Below are positions 14,368-32,853 of a DNA stretch of 64,000 nt, in pieces (within the stretch, counting starts at the first letter, position 1; each line of letters opens with the position of its first letter). This DNA is from the human T2T-CHM13v2.0 reference genome, Homo sapiens, in the NCBI GenBank assembly GCA_009914755.4, contig CP068257.2, positions 34,368,001 to 34,432,000 of the forward strand. Reading direction: 5' to 3'. The notes below the pieces were generated by a model. That model did not search any database and was not told the DNA's origin. It saw only the letters and a list, made by a program, of their open reading frames with translations. The translations under genes and the position numbers were made by a program.

Positions 14368-14834
14368 TTGTCACGTAGTAGCACCTCCTAACTCTACATG
14401 CATTCTTTCATTTAATCCTCCTAAACAGCCCTGAAACAATTCTGCATGATTGATTATCACCCCCACTTAGAGAAATCTGAGTTTCACAAAATGAAATCAC
14501 TCACCCAAGGTCATTCAGCTAGTTATGCAGCTGGATTGGAAATGTAACCTAGGTTAGACTGACCTCCAAGCCCCTCCCACCCCCTTTTATGTCTCTCTGC
14601 CCCCTCCCCACTATACTACCCCCGCATCCTGCAGAGTCTGAAAGTCAATCACGAGGACTTTGGAGCTTGTGTGAATATTTTTGAAAATGCAGTAATATCC
14701 ATATCAGAAGTTCGCATGTAAGAATTCAATAACTACTTTGAGTTTAACTGGAATGGTAGGAATTGGAAAGCCAGGAAGGTGTGAGGTAGGGCTTCCCACA
14801 TGTTCATGCCATAAGCATCTCTGTGTGCTTGTTA

Positions 14835-14960
14835 AAACTGCACCATCTAGGTCCTCATCCCCAGAGATTCCAATTCTTTGGGTCTGGGGTGAGGCCCAAG
14901 AAGTGCCACTGCAACAAGCATCAGCTGATTCTGAGGTCATCCTTCAGAAACCCTGGGGAG
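14835..14960 (+). mobile_element. MER5-type (hAT-Charlie) DNA-transposon fragment
   Basis: ccagagattccaattctttgggtctggggtgaggcccaagaagtgccactgcaacaagcatcagctgattctgaggtc resembles the MER5 core (...gaatctgcatttctaacaagctcccaggtgatgctga...). Confidence 0.55.
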
Positions 14961-16756
14961 AGACCACGGAGGAATTCATGATAAGAGGCTATGATTAAAG
15001 AAAAAAAGGAGAAAGGTGTTGCATTCTAAGACTGTGAGAACTGGAAAAGAAGAAAAAGAGATGTGTCAAAGGCGACCACTAAATCTACTTATCTGCCTTT
15101 GACGATGAATGTAGTCTTTATCCCAAGAAGAGAATATTCTGGAAGAGCTGGGCAACTGGTAAAAGGAAGGGGAGAGGGGGGAGATGCCTCCTGCATCAGT
15201 AAGTGGCAAGATACCAAACCTAAGCTAAGGCTTAAAATAATTATTAATACTTGATTTAAGTTTATAAAAGAGTAAGGAATGAAAATAAGAGGAAAGAATG
15301 CACTAAGTCAATGTTATTGATTTACACTGTGAAAGAAATGCCAGAACTATTATTTGGATGTCAAAATAACTCCAAGAAGAGTACAAGGCTGTTTTGATAA
15401 TTTGAAACCAAATACCTCCCTTCTTTGAGATGAGGCTTTCAGACATAGAGCCTCCTTAAATCCCACTGCGATGTTCTGCGCAGGTCATATTTCCTCTTCA
15501 AAGGTTATTCCCTGTTAAATTATCTGCAATTTCAAAAAGAACAAGTCGTTGTCCCACTTTGAGTCCCCTTCTCTTAAAAGCATGTTTTGACTAAGATTAA
15601 TTTATAGCCCAAGGAGATTTGGAGAAAGGAAAAAGCCTTGAAATTGCAAGTAAAAATAAGAATTCCGGTCGCTTCTTAAATATCAAGTAATGTTGTTTTG
15701 GGAATAGGACCAGATTTGCAGAGCTACAGGTAAATGGACTGACTGTGGGATTTGCAGCATCCAGAAGACACTTCGGTGGGGGTAGGAAATCTAGCTCGAT
15801 GCTGCAGGGTGTGGAGGAGTCTTATTGGGAGCCAATACTGGGCAATTTGCTGAGCCTCTCAGCAGTTCACCAGACAAGAAGCGGTAAAGTAGGAAAAAAG
15901 AGGACAAAGATGCTCAGCGCCTTCTTGGGAGTGTTGGGAGGCTAACGAGTGAATGCTTGTGAACACTTGTGAAGGGGCTGGTCAGCAGGATGGCCTGGTG
16001 CATTTGACTTCAGGCTTCCAGGAAGCACGCTTGTCTCCAACTGTGTCTTGACCACTCCTATCACAACGGATGTGCTCACTGAGAGTAGCAGTATAGACTA
16101 AAGAAGACCCTTTATGGATTTTCTCTGATTTTTCCATAATAATTTCTCATTTGCGCTTTTTCTATGCTTGCCTTTACGTAGGTTTGGAATCTCTGCGTCA
16201 GTCATATATGTAGCACTTGCTGAACAAACCAATAACTAGGTATTTGAGGACAACTGAAGGGGACCCCGCAGAGCCTGCCAGGCAGTGCTAACAGTTCTAG
16301 GTTTCTCACCCACCTTAGAAGACAAACTTCCTTCTACCTCTTGGCTTTTACATATACTCACTTTGATCATTCCAATTCCAGTGGATTTTTTTTTATTATT
16401 CAAATGACTGGAAGAAAAAGGTGTTTTCAATAGGGTAAGGTATTAAGTGCACAGTGGCTTTGATCTGTTGGCATTTCCTGAATCCTTGGATTTTCAACTG
16501 TGGCCCAATTCTTACTTCCTTAGAAAGAGGATCCGTTAGTTTGCTGAGGCTGCCATAACAACATACCACAGACTAGGGGGCTTCAACAACAGACATTAAT
16601 TTCCTCACAGTTCTGGAGACTGAAAGTCCAAGATCAAGGTGTCCACGGGTTTGTTTTCTCCTGCGGACTCTATCCTTGGCTTGCTGATAGCCACCTTCTC
16701 GCTGCATCTTCGCAAGGTCACCCCTTTGTGCATGTACACCCTGGTGTCACTCCTTT

Positions 16757-17045
<289 letters not shown>

Positions 17046-17236
17046 ACTGCCTTCTTATGAGGACACCACCCTTATGACCACATTTAATCTTAATTATCTT
17101 CTTAAATGCTCTTTTCCCAAATGCAGTCACATTGGGGAGTTAGGACTTCAACATGAATTCTGTGACAATACAATTCAGTTCATGATAGAGGATAACCCAG
17201 AAATATTAACAGAGTCAACTATTAAGACTCTGAAGA

Positions 17237-17706
<470 letters not shown>

Positions 17707-18460
17707 TTAAGGTATTACTCTGTTACAACTTGATCCATAATATATCAATGTACAAATACCACGGGTTAAACCATACCTCTAAAATAAATCAACTATATAT
17801 ATAATAAAATCCCATATGCATGGGAGAAGATGATACTATTTCTAGTCTTTACTTTTTTATATAATTGAAAGGGACTTCCATTCAATCAGAAACGCTTGGA
17901 CATTCATTTTATATCCAAATGATAAAGTATGTCAAAATACACGTCTTAGAAACCACTTGTATTTAGCTTCTGATGGGAGAAAAAAAATGTGGATACAGCA
18001 TTTAATAAATAAGGTATGAGAGCTTTTCACTCAATATCCTTATGATCCAAAAATCTGCTGCTGCTAAACTTAAAAGCAATTACTGTTTTATAAACAGTGA
18101 GACATAATTCAGAAGGCACTTAATCCAACATGTGTAAAATCTGTGTAAATCATCAAAAGTGACTAGCTGATGGAGATTTCTGGTTTCTGGCACTAAATCG
18201 CCATTGGCCTATGGTTCTTAATATTTTCCTTCGTCAAGGTACACGACTATAAAACTCCATGAGGATTGACAAATACCTCTTTTGCAAATGAGCTAACGTA
18301 AAATACCTCTTTTGCAAATGGGCCAAGAGGCAGTCTATAACATATGATCATTTAAGGGAGAGGTAAGGTCCTGGAACTAAATTGTCCTAAATTGTGTTAA
18401 ACCACATGCCCACGACAGACTGAACTCATCCCTACTGATAGATTTTTCTGAAGAGTATAG

Positions 18461-19015
<555 letters not shown>

Positions 19016-19749
19016 TAAGCTTCTCCTGTGCTGGAGAGTTATGGTGACTAATATCTACTAACAATCATTAGCCAAGTGTGATGATAGAAAAGAAGACATA
19101 GTTGTGAGTGAAACACAAAAAGAAATAGCGCATAGTACAGACTTTTTTGGAAAAATATTTGTATACTTATGACATATTTTACCATAAGGCACCTGATTCA
19201 ACACAAATATGGCTGGTGATGGCATCGAATCGGGAAAGCACTCATTGTTAACACCCCCTCTAAAGTGCGAAAAACTCAGGTCATTTTCTCTTGACAATGG
19301 CACTGAGGTTCTGAAGAACTTCCACAGACAGGCCCTGTACTCTCCAATTTCTTTTCTAATTGCTGTTACCAAATGATTGACCCAAAAAAGCAAAATATAG
19401 GAACATTAACTACATTCTCTTACTGGTAATCTGATGGCATTTTACCTCAGTAAGGAATATTTACAGTGAGCAGTATAAAATATTATATTGACGTCCAATT
19501 TCCAAGTGAAAATGACTTGTTCACGGGGTTCACCGTACGCTTATTTATAGGCAACTCTGGTATGAATTATCATCATTATTCATTCATTAACTCATTCAAC
19601 AAATATTCCTTGAGTTTTTACCAGAAACTACGCCTGGTCCTGGGAACACATTGCGAGATATGCAGACAGGATCCCAGCCTGCAGGAAGCTTCAGTCCAGC
19701 ATCAGCACTAGAAGGGCAGCAGTTTAGAAAGTGAAAGACTTTACCCAGA

Positions 19750-20160
19750 GCTTGGAAGCTGGTGCCGGTGGTGGGGGCGGGAGGGGGACGGGGGAGGCAG
19801 TGGGGGAGGCAGCAGTGGGGGAGGAGGTGGGGGGGGAGGAGGCGGGGGGGGAAGAGGCGGGGGGCAGGCGGGGGGGGGAGGAGGCGGGGGGAGGCGGGGG
19901 GGAGGAGGCGGGGGGAGGCGGGGGGGAGGCAGGGGGAGGCAGGAGAAAGGGGGGGAGGGGGAGGCAGGGGGAGGCAGGGGAAAGGGGGGAGGGGAGGCAG
20001 GGGGAAGCAGGGGAAAGGGGGGAGGGGGAGACAGGGGGAGGCAGGGGAAGGGAGGAGGGGGAGGCAGGGGGGGCAGGGGAAAGGGGGGAGGGAGAGGCAG
20101 GGGGAGGGGGGAGTCGGGGGGGCCGGGGGAAGGGGTGCGGGGGGGGTGGGTCCGTTGGTG
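19750..20160. repeat. A roughly 410-bp near-pure polypurine G-tract (GGGGGAGGCAGG/GGGGAAAGGGGGGA)n, forming a G-quadruplex and H-DNA-prone mirror repeat
   Basis: More than 95% G+A on the plus strand with dozens of G4-6 runs. Overlapping ORFs on both strands (145/136 aa plus, 172 aa proline-rich minus) are artefacts of the low complexity. Confidence 0.9.
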
Positions 20161-20530
20161 GTATGTGAATAACTCCTCCTCTCTTCTCAGGCCCAGTCCC
20201 AAGGCGCAGCGTGCGTCAGCAAGACAGCAGAAGCAGGAGGAGAGCTGGCGGGAAGACATGCACCCCTTGAAGACCCAGAGAGAGGCCGTCTGTCTACCGC
20301 GTAGCAGTTACATCAGACTGAGACACTTCCTGTTTACAGGAGACTATAAAATTCCTGCCCCGTGCTCATTTGGGGCTGACGCCATTTTAGGCCTCAGCCC
20401 ATCTGCACCCAGGCGCTCACTGAAACAGTGTGTTGCTCCACACCGCCTTGTTTTGCTTGTTGGCGCGCTCTCAGGGTTCCGACCAATCCAAGAGCCTTGC
20501 AGAAAGCATTAACGTGCTTTTCTCTTTGGC
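20160..20530 (+). promoter_or_regulatory. CpG-containing unique segment with a TATA-like box (gactataaaattcc at about 20343) and an inverted CCAAT (accaatcc at about 20478), immediately 3' of the G-tract; a candidate promoter or LTR-like regulatory element
   Basis: A local cluster of CpGs (gcgcagcgtgcgtcag, ccgcgtag, ggcgcgctc, ttccgacc, aacgtg) in otherwise CpG-poor DNA, plus TATAAAA. There is no transcript evidence available. Confidence 0.25.
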
Positions 20531-21048
20531 AGAGTTTTTCTTTGCTCTGATCTTGGAGACATCCCTCTGCCTAGTGGAAACATAAGGAATACAGAAAGAA
20601 TGCAAGGAGATAGACCAACGTGAGATTCTCCTTCATGCACTCAAGAGAAAGATGTTGCAGGAAGAGCTAGTCTTTCAGGCTGGGCTGGTGACCTGAGAAA
20701 GAATGTCCAGCTTTTCTTCTCCACTTGGCATATCAAGAGCCAGGCGTGGAAGACTAAAACAGGAAATGTTTATAAAAACTGTTCAGCGGTTCGCCAACAA
20801 GAAGTGGTAAAGTAGCAAAAATGGGGATGGAGATGCCAGGAGGAAAGATGCCAGGGGTAAAGTGGGAAAATGGGAACCTGAAGCCAGGAGGTCAAGCCAA
20901 GCCAACAGGTGTTCTGTTTTTCAGTGAGTATATCCTGTCTTTCCCCATGTGTCAGTTTATAGAAAGAGCAACCTAACAGGCTGCCCCATATACCAATCCA
21001 GAGCTTGGACATGTCCTAGCAAATTCGACAGCCCACAAAGCAGTCTGG

Positions 21049-21345
21049 GCTGGGGGCGGTGGCACGCCTGTAATCACAGCACTTTGGGAGGCTGAGGCAG
21101 GAGGATCGTGTGAGGCAAGGAGTTTGAGATCAGTCTGGGCAACATAGCAAGACCCTATCACTACAAAAAAATTAAAAATTAGCCAGGAGTGCCAGTGCAC
21201 ACGTGTAGTCCCAACTACTCAGGAGGCAAAGGTGGGAGAATCACTTGAGCCCAGGAGTTGAAGGTTACAGTGAGCTATGATCACACTGCTGCACTCCAGC
21301 TTGGGCAATAGAGCAAGACCCTGTCTCTAAAACTCTTTAAAAACA
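21049..21345 (+). mobile_element. Alu SINE
   Basis: Canonical Alu. Confidence 0.95.
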
Positions 21346-21788
21346 AAAGGCAAAAACATTTCAAAGGAAACCTCAAAGATCAGCTGTCCCAGGCCACTTC
21401 ATTCTCCCATAGCAGAGACCCTGAGCTGAGAGGCAGTAAGCCAAGTACCTCCCTGGCCTTGTGGATCCCAGCCTGGGGTCTGCAGGTAGCAAAAGCCAGC
21501 CAGGGAGAGATAGCAGATGTGTCCCCAAGATAGTGCCTGAGCCCAAAGAACAGACCAGAAGTTCACCAGTTACAGACAGGAGAATCAGCATGGGGGGGAA
21601 GCTGTGTAAACACGCAACCTCACCACACACCCTGCAACATTTTAGGGACAAACACAAGGGGCAGCGCTTTGAGCATGTTTCTCTTTGGGCTGTTACCAAA
21701 AGAAGCTATGTAAATTCAACAGGGACTTTTTAAATTAAATTGGATGACACTAAGATTTAAACTGGATGGGATTAGAAGTCATATTTTA

Positions 21789-22327
<539 letters not shown>

Positions 22328-25300
22328 TTAATTGGCTAATTAAGTAATTGGTGCTTTTCTTGTCCCCATTTTACAGATGAGGAGGTGGGGCACAGGATGG
22401 ATGGAAACTTTCCACAGTCACAGAACTAATAAGTGGTGCTGAGGACTCAAACCCGGGGAAGCCCACTCTAGAACCCATGCTGGTCATCCATATCCCCAAG
22501 GCCCTGGTCAGAACACAGCTAAGCAGATGGCTTGGGTCATCAGGACGTCCATTACATCCAAAGGAAGACAGCCTGTGACGTTTCAAAAGCAAAAGTCCCC
22601 TACCAGCCAGTGAAGCTACCTGATTTCTCAGTATCTTACGCCCAGTGACACGATCTACCCTCAAAACTTAAAAAAAAAAGGGAAACATAAACACATAACA
22701 GCAGCAGCAATAATTAAAGATGAGATGAGAACAATTAAGAAAAAAGGAAAGGTCTCCTGTGACTGTTTTATTTTTAGGGAAACAGAGAGGAAGAAGAATG
22801 ATTTTTCTTTTGATGACTCTATATCCAACTCTGAGGTTTGATTAAAGAAATGACCTTGAACCACAGCAAAGAAAAATAAAAGACAATTTCCAGTAAGTAT
22901 GCCAGTTCGAATTAATGATTTACTTTTTATTTTTAAACTGAATTCAGCAGAGATTTACATGCATTACGATGATTAACATCTGAAATTTGACCTTGAAATA
23001 ATCTTTACATTGTAAATTCTTAATGATCAAAACAAGGTTCTCAGTGATTAAAACATATTAGTAATTAATTATTAAAGGAGAATAATTGCAAATACAACAT
23101 TCCTAAAATCTCAAGGCTTTTAAAGCATTTGTACAAATGACTGGACATTTTTTAAATTTGAAAAAAAAAAAAAGCCCTCCATCTGATTCTCATTTTCATT
23201 GTCAGTGCAACAACAAAAAAGGTATGCACTTCTCTTCTCATTTTCCACTGTCTCGCAAGCTAGAAATTCTCACGACTACCTTTGATCCCATCAAAGCCAA
23301 AGAAAGAAAAGAAAATTGTTCTGTACAGATATATGACATTAAAAAATAATCCCAAAAACTTCTTCTCTAAGGTTAATAAAAGGTCGGCAGTTTTGATCAC
23401 TTTTAAAAATCAATTTATAAATAATTTAGTCACTTGTAGATGGGACATGATCTTCCTGCTATCCCTAACTACTCTGATGCCAAAACTGGTCATAGCACAA
23501 GTGGGGCTGCATAGCAAACTGATCCGCCCAAATAATTTCTACTGGGTTATAAGATTTTAAGAAATAACCATGTCTCACACCATAGAGAAAAACAATTCAA
23601 CCAGATATCTGTCCCATGTATTGTAGGTACTCTCTGTCAAAGCTGTAACTCTTTTTAACTTGGATGGTCTCACCTAGAGTAGATTTCTTGTTGACAGAAG
23701 GAACCCCAGAATGTGTACAGGCCAGGGCCGATTGTGACTTCCATTGGCCAAGGTTGTCCCAGGGCCAGGACAAGGGCCACACAGGTGCACTAGCCTCCCA
23801 AGGGCTGAGCATGTGTGCTCAACCATCTGGAGGAAGATAAAAGTGCATCCCCTAAATTCTGCCCAATCCAGTCTCTTGTCCATGGAGTTTCATTAGAAGT
23901 GACAAAGTTGAATGAAGAAAAACAAAAGGCAACTCGCCAGAACATTTCATCTCTGTCATGTTCTGCATTGTCAAACATTACTTTTTGCAATTTGCTCTTT
24001 GTTGATCTTTATCTTTTTTTCCAATATAAAGGTGCAATATTTGAAATGGTGCCTGTATTAATTTTCTATCACTGCATAACAAATGACCATAAACCTAGTT
24101 ATCTTAGAGCAGTACAAATTTATAATCTCACAGTTTCTGTAGGCCAGGAGCCCAGCACATGTTAAGTGGATTCTCTGCTCAGGGTCTCACAAGGCTGAAA
24201 TCAATTTGCTAGCCAGATTCATCTTCATGTGGAGGTTCAACTGGGAAAAGTGCCATCTTCAAGTTCCATCAGGTCAATGGCAGAATTCATTTTTCTGTGG
24301 CTCTATGATTGAGGTCCCCATTTTCTTTGCTAGCCATCATCTAGGAAGCATTCTCAGTGACTAGAGGCTGCTTTCAAGCCCTTGACACATGGTCTCCTCA
24401 ATGGGCCCTCTCCACTTCAGATCTATCACTTCAGAAAGGATCTAGACAGTTAAGGACTCACCTGATTAGGTCAGGCACACCCAGGATGGTCTTTCTTTTA
24501 ATTGCCTCATAATCAGCTGATTTGGGACCTTGATTATATCTACAAAACCCTTTCACATTTGTCTTATAACATTGTATTCATTGTCCCATCCACACTTAAG
24601 AAGGAAGGAGATTATATAGGGTATGTTCACCAGAGGCAGGAATGGGGGCCATCTTAGAATGTTATTTGTTGCATTCCTCTGGAGAACCCTGGCACATACA
24701 CAAGGTTAGTGCATGAGTAACAATTCGGGTCCACTGTGCATCTCTCCAAACCCAATCTGTCCTGTATTTTAACTACCTTCACACAAGGGGCAAGAATGTT
24801 AACCCTCAAGGATGCTGAAATATTCAGTTCAGCCCAGAGGACTCCGGCAGACTTGAATTCCATGTAACCTTGAGGTTGTCATTAGTTTACTTTACCCAGA
24901 AACCAGTGACTGTCACTTCTCCCTCGGGAGACTTTTCTGTAGGCACAATTAGTGTTCTCAGCCTGATGACACAGAAAGTGGAAGACAATAAACAGAAAAT
25001 GCTCCTGTTGCAATGGATATGATATTAACTATCAGACATGCTTTCAGCTGCAAATGATTAAAACCCTAAGCAAACGAGGCTTAAACAACAACAAAGACAT
25101 GTCCATACGAGGTATGGAGACAGAGAGGCTCCAGGTTAATTATTCAATTACTCATAAAGTACGTGGGTTCTTTCCTTCTTTCTCCTCTGCCACCCTTAGG
25201 ATGTTGACTTGGGAATATCTCCCACTATATTCCCAGAGAGGCTGCCATAGATCTAGGTATCACACACTGATGACATCTAGAAGCACAATGTGGTCCTTCT

Positions 25301-25924
25301 CACTTGCCTCTTTTTACCTTTTAGAATAGAGGCTGAGAAGAGCTAAATTGCAGTGCAAAATAGTGAAAAACACCAATGCTTCACAAATTCTTCCACAAAA
25401 AGAAGATGAAACACCTCCAAACTCACTCTGTGAGGCCAGTATTACCATGATACCAAAACCATAACAAAGATATTACAAAAAAGAAAACTATAGGCCAATA
25501 TCCTTTATGAATATAGAAACAAAAATCCTCAACATAATACTAGCAAACTGAAAACAGCAACATAAAAACAGGTTTATGTACTATGACCAAGTGGGATTTA
25601 TCTCAGGAATACAAGGTTGGTTGATATGAAAATCAATCAATGTAATACACTTTAATGGAATAAAGTGCGAAAACACATGATCTGACATGAAAAAAGCATG
25701 TAACAAAACCCAACACTCTTCCATGATAAAAAACAATGAATAAAGTAGAAATAGAAGGGCACCTTACAAAGGGCATACACAAAAACTCATAGTTAATATA
25801 TTTTTCACTGTAAATTTACAAATTATAATTGTATGTATTTATGAAGTACAAAGATTTATGATATATTTATACAATGTGGAATGATTAAATCGAGCTACTA
25901 ACATACTCATCACCTCAAATACTT

Positions 25925-27309
25925 ATCATTTTTTGTGGTGAGAACATTTGAAATTTACTCTCAGCAATTTTGAAATATACAATACACCATTGTTAATTAT
26001 AGGCACCCTGTTGTGCAATTGGTCTCCGAAACCTATTCCTTCTGACTGAAACTTTATACCCTTTGACCATAACCTCCCTGTTCTTCTCACAACCCCAGCC
26101 TCTGGCAACCACCTTTCTGCTCTCTGCTTCTGTGAGTTTGATTGTTTCAGATTCCATATACAAGTGAAATCATGCAGTATTTGTCTTTCAGTGCTTGACT
26201 TATTACATTTAGCATAATGTCCTCCAGGTTCATCCATGTTGTTGCAAATAAGAGAATTTCCTTGTTTTTTAAGGCTAAATATTATCCCATTGTGTACATA
26301 CCACATTTTCTTTATCCATTCATCCACTGATGAACATTTAGGTTGATTTCAAAACCTGGCTATTGTGAATAATGCTGCAAGGAACACAGGAGTGCAGGTA
26401 TGTCTTTGACATACTGATTTCAAATCCTGTGGATATATTCCCAGAGATTACTGGATCATATGGTAATTCTATTTTTAGTTTCTTGAGGAATCTTCATACA
26501 ATTTTCCCTAATGGCCGTACTAAGTTATATGCCCATCAACAGTGTACAAGGGGTCCCTTTTCTCCATCCTTGCCAACATTTATCTTGCATCTTTTTGATA
26601 ATAGCCACTCTGACAGGTGTGAGGTGATATTTCATTGTGGTTTTAATTTGCATTTCCCTAATGATTAGTGATGTTGAGCACTTTTTCATATAGCTGTTGG
26701 CCATTTGTATGTCTTCTGTTTTTTTTTTTTTTTCTTTTTTTCGAGACAGAGTCTCTCTCTGTTGCCCAGGCTAGAGTGCAGTGGCATGATCTCAGCTCAC
26801 TGCAACCTTCACCTCCTGGGATCAAGCGATTCTTGTGCCCTGCCACTTGAGTAGCTGGGACTACAGGTGTGTGTCACCACACCTGGCTAATTTTTATGGG
26901 TTTTTGGCAGAGACGGGGTTTCACCATGTTGGCCAGGCTGGTCTCGAACTCCTGGGCTCAAGTGATCCCCTGCCTCGGCCTCCCAAAGTGGTGGGATTAC
27001 AGGCGTGAGCCACCGTACCCAGCCTGTATGTCTTCTTTTAAGAAATGTTTATTCAAGTCCTTTGACCATTTTTAACTGTATTATTTGTTTTCTTGCTATT
27101 GAGTTGTTTGAGTTCCTTATAGATTTTGGATATTAACCCCTTATCACATGTATGGTTTGTAGATATGTTTTCCTAATCTATAGGTTGTTTCTTCACTCTG
27201 TTACAGTTTCCTTTGTGGTGCAGAAGCTTTTTACTTTGAAGTAATCCCATTTGTCTATTTTTGCTGTGCCCGTGATTTTGGAGTCAAATTCAAAAAAATA
27301 ATTGCCCAG

Positions 27310-27310
<1 letters not shown>
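25925..27310 (-). mobile_element. L1 (L1M-type) 3' portion in antisense orientation, running from the 3' terminus into the ORF2 C-terminal region and interrupted by the Alu at 26713-27025
   Basis: Antisense L1 motifs: gttgttgcaaataagagaatttcc, attgtgtacataccacattttctttatccattcatcc, cccatcaacagtgtacaagggg, ttgcatttccctaatgattagtgatgttgagcactttttcatatagctgttggccatttgtatgtcttc. The minus ORF 25926..26327 is an ORF2 C-terminal remnant (MDEWIKKMWYVHNGI...). Confidence 0.85.
26713..27025 (-). mobile_element. Alu SINE inserted into the antisense L1, with the TSD tgtatgtcttc
   Basis: The TSD copies sit at about 26704-26716 and 27024-27036. Confidence 0.95.
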
Positions 27311-28760
<1,450 letters not shown>

Positions 28761-28766
28761 TCTTGA

Positions 28767-29062
<296 letters not shown>

Positions 29063-29446
29063 TATATCTTGATTTTTTAAAACACAATGAGAATTCGAAG
29101 TTCACAAGAATGTTCTGAAAGGGATGTGGTGAGGATAAGAGAGAAATGAAGGAGAAGGGGTGAGATCGTGAGGAGTACAGGCTTATGGGCTGGTGCAATG
29201 GATGAGAAGTCAGTTTCATAAGGGCTGGAAGGCCCTGACACACAGAGCTGCTAAGGTGCAATTTTAAGTTGACGCTGCTGTGTGTAACAGGGTTCCCCCT
29301 CCAATCCCTCTTCTGAGACTGAGGACACAAGCTCAGAAAACAGCAGGGAGCCTTTGGTGATTACACCTAGAGAGGAGAAGAAAGGCATGGACGCTTAGTG
29401 TAAAGTGTGTTGGAGTGACGCAGTGAAGGTCTTAATACTCTCAGCA

Positions 29447-29884
<438 letters not shown>

Positions 29885-30549
29885 CTATTCCAGAGTCCCA
29901 ATTGATGAGCTTTTATTGCAAAAGCCATTGAGAAACAGATTCTTTTCTCAGTGCTCTTCTGAAGGGTGAGCAAATCAATCTTACTTCCTAGATGTGTCAG
30001 CTGAGTCAAGTTACCCAGAAAGAAACACAGGAGAAATGAGTCCCTGACAAGCCTGGGTGGAAGTTCCGTCCACTGCTGTCAATCCTGCATATTTTGTTCC
30101 AATCCACTATTTCTTTAAAATTGCTGAGTAAAATGTTGGATATGACTCAGGCATCCCGAAAATCTCAAATCTCTGAATATTCAACATCAATTTAAAGAAG
30201 ACACAAGATACTGGGCTTTTTTTCCCCATTGTCAAAATATGGGGCGTATGCCGTTGCAAGTTGAGTATGTAAAAAACCATGATGCTATTTTATAGTCATG
30301 GAATCAATCATGAGAATTCACAGTCTTGTGAACAGGGACTTCTCATATTTGATAAATGACTTGATTGCTGTGTTTCTGATTAGCGGCTTTTCAATTGCAT
30401 TACAAATGTTGGAAACATCCATTAGTCAGTATTTAGCAACATTTTAGGAACTGATTAAAGTGAATCCGTGTTTCAGAAACATAGAACTACTTGTGCTGTG
30501 AACTCAACAGTGAAGATATCCAACAGATCCTTTGGGAAGAGAGAAATAG

Positions 30550-30878
<329 letters not shown>

Positions 30879-31082
30879 ATCTTCTGCATGTAATTTAATT
30901 TCTGCAGGTTTGCCAGTTGGCTTGTCACTTTTACCCAGAAGTATCTGAGAGAGAAAAAAAAAAAAATTAAAGCAGGTGTGGGGCAAGAGGGAAGGCAGAC
31001 ACAAACGCAATCCAATGTTATAGTAGAAGATCACTGCTTAGACTATCTCCATAGTTCATCTTTGCTTTGGTTTCCATCTTAA

Positions 31083-31625
<543 letters not shown>

Positions 31626-31819
31626 TTTTTAAATTGAGATTGGTAAAGTTTTTCTATTTCTTCATAGTAAATATTTTCAGCTTTGCAGGCCATACATAGT
31701 CTCTGTTGCAACTACTCAACTCTGCCTTTGTAAGAACGAAGCAGCTATAGGCAATATGTAAATGAAGGGTGTGGCTGTGTTTCCATGAAACTTTATTAAT
31801 AAAAACAGGAATCAGGGGC

Positions 31820-32128
31820 CGGGCACGGTGGCTCGTGCCTGTAATCCCAGCACTTTGGGAGGGCGAGGTGGGAAGATCACTTGAGCTCAGGAGTTCAAAA
31901 CCAGCCTGGCCAACATGGTGAAACCCTGTCTCTACAAAAAATACAAAAATTAGGCGGGTGTGGTGGCACGCACCTGTAGTCCCAGCTACTCAGGAGGCTG
32001 AGGCAGGAGAATCACTTTGAACCCAGGAGGCGGAGGTTGCATGCAGTGAGCCAAGATCGCACCACTGCACCCAGCCTGGGTGACAGAACGAGACTCCATC
32101 TCAAAAACAAAAACAAAAACAAAAAACA
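31820..32128 (+). mobile_element. Alu SINE
   Basis: Canonical Alu. Confidence 0.95.
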
Positions 32129-32325
32129 GGCATCAGGTTGGATTTGGCCCATGGGTCACAGTTCATCAACCCAGCTCTTCACTATGCTAGAATCAAGAGC
32201 CATGATTATGTTTTACAATTTTGATAGCTGCTGACATCACTGATTGTATGTCATATTTACCCTACTTCAGACCAACATTTATTTCCTTTTCTTTTTGTAC
32301 ATTGCCAGATTACATTGCGATGCTA

Positions 32326-32853
<528 letters not shown>

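Noticed and set aside
19731-20259. Gly/Arg/Glu-rich plus-strand ORFs and a proline-rich 172-aa minus-strand ORF
   Set aside because: The translation of a polypurine/polypyrimidine low-complexity tract. There is no start or stop context, and both strands are 'coding' simultaneously.
25926-26327. 133-aa minus ORF (MDEWIKKMWYVHNGIIFSLKKQGNS...) and the plus ORF 28028..28297
   Set aside because: Both are degenerate remnants of the L1 ORF2 C-terminus inside truncated L1 fragments, not host genes.
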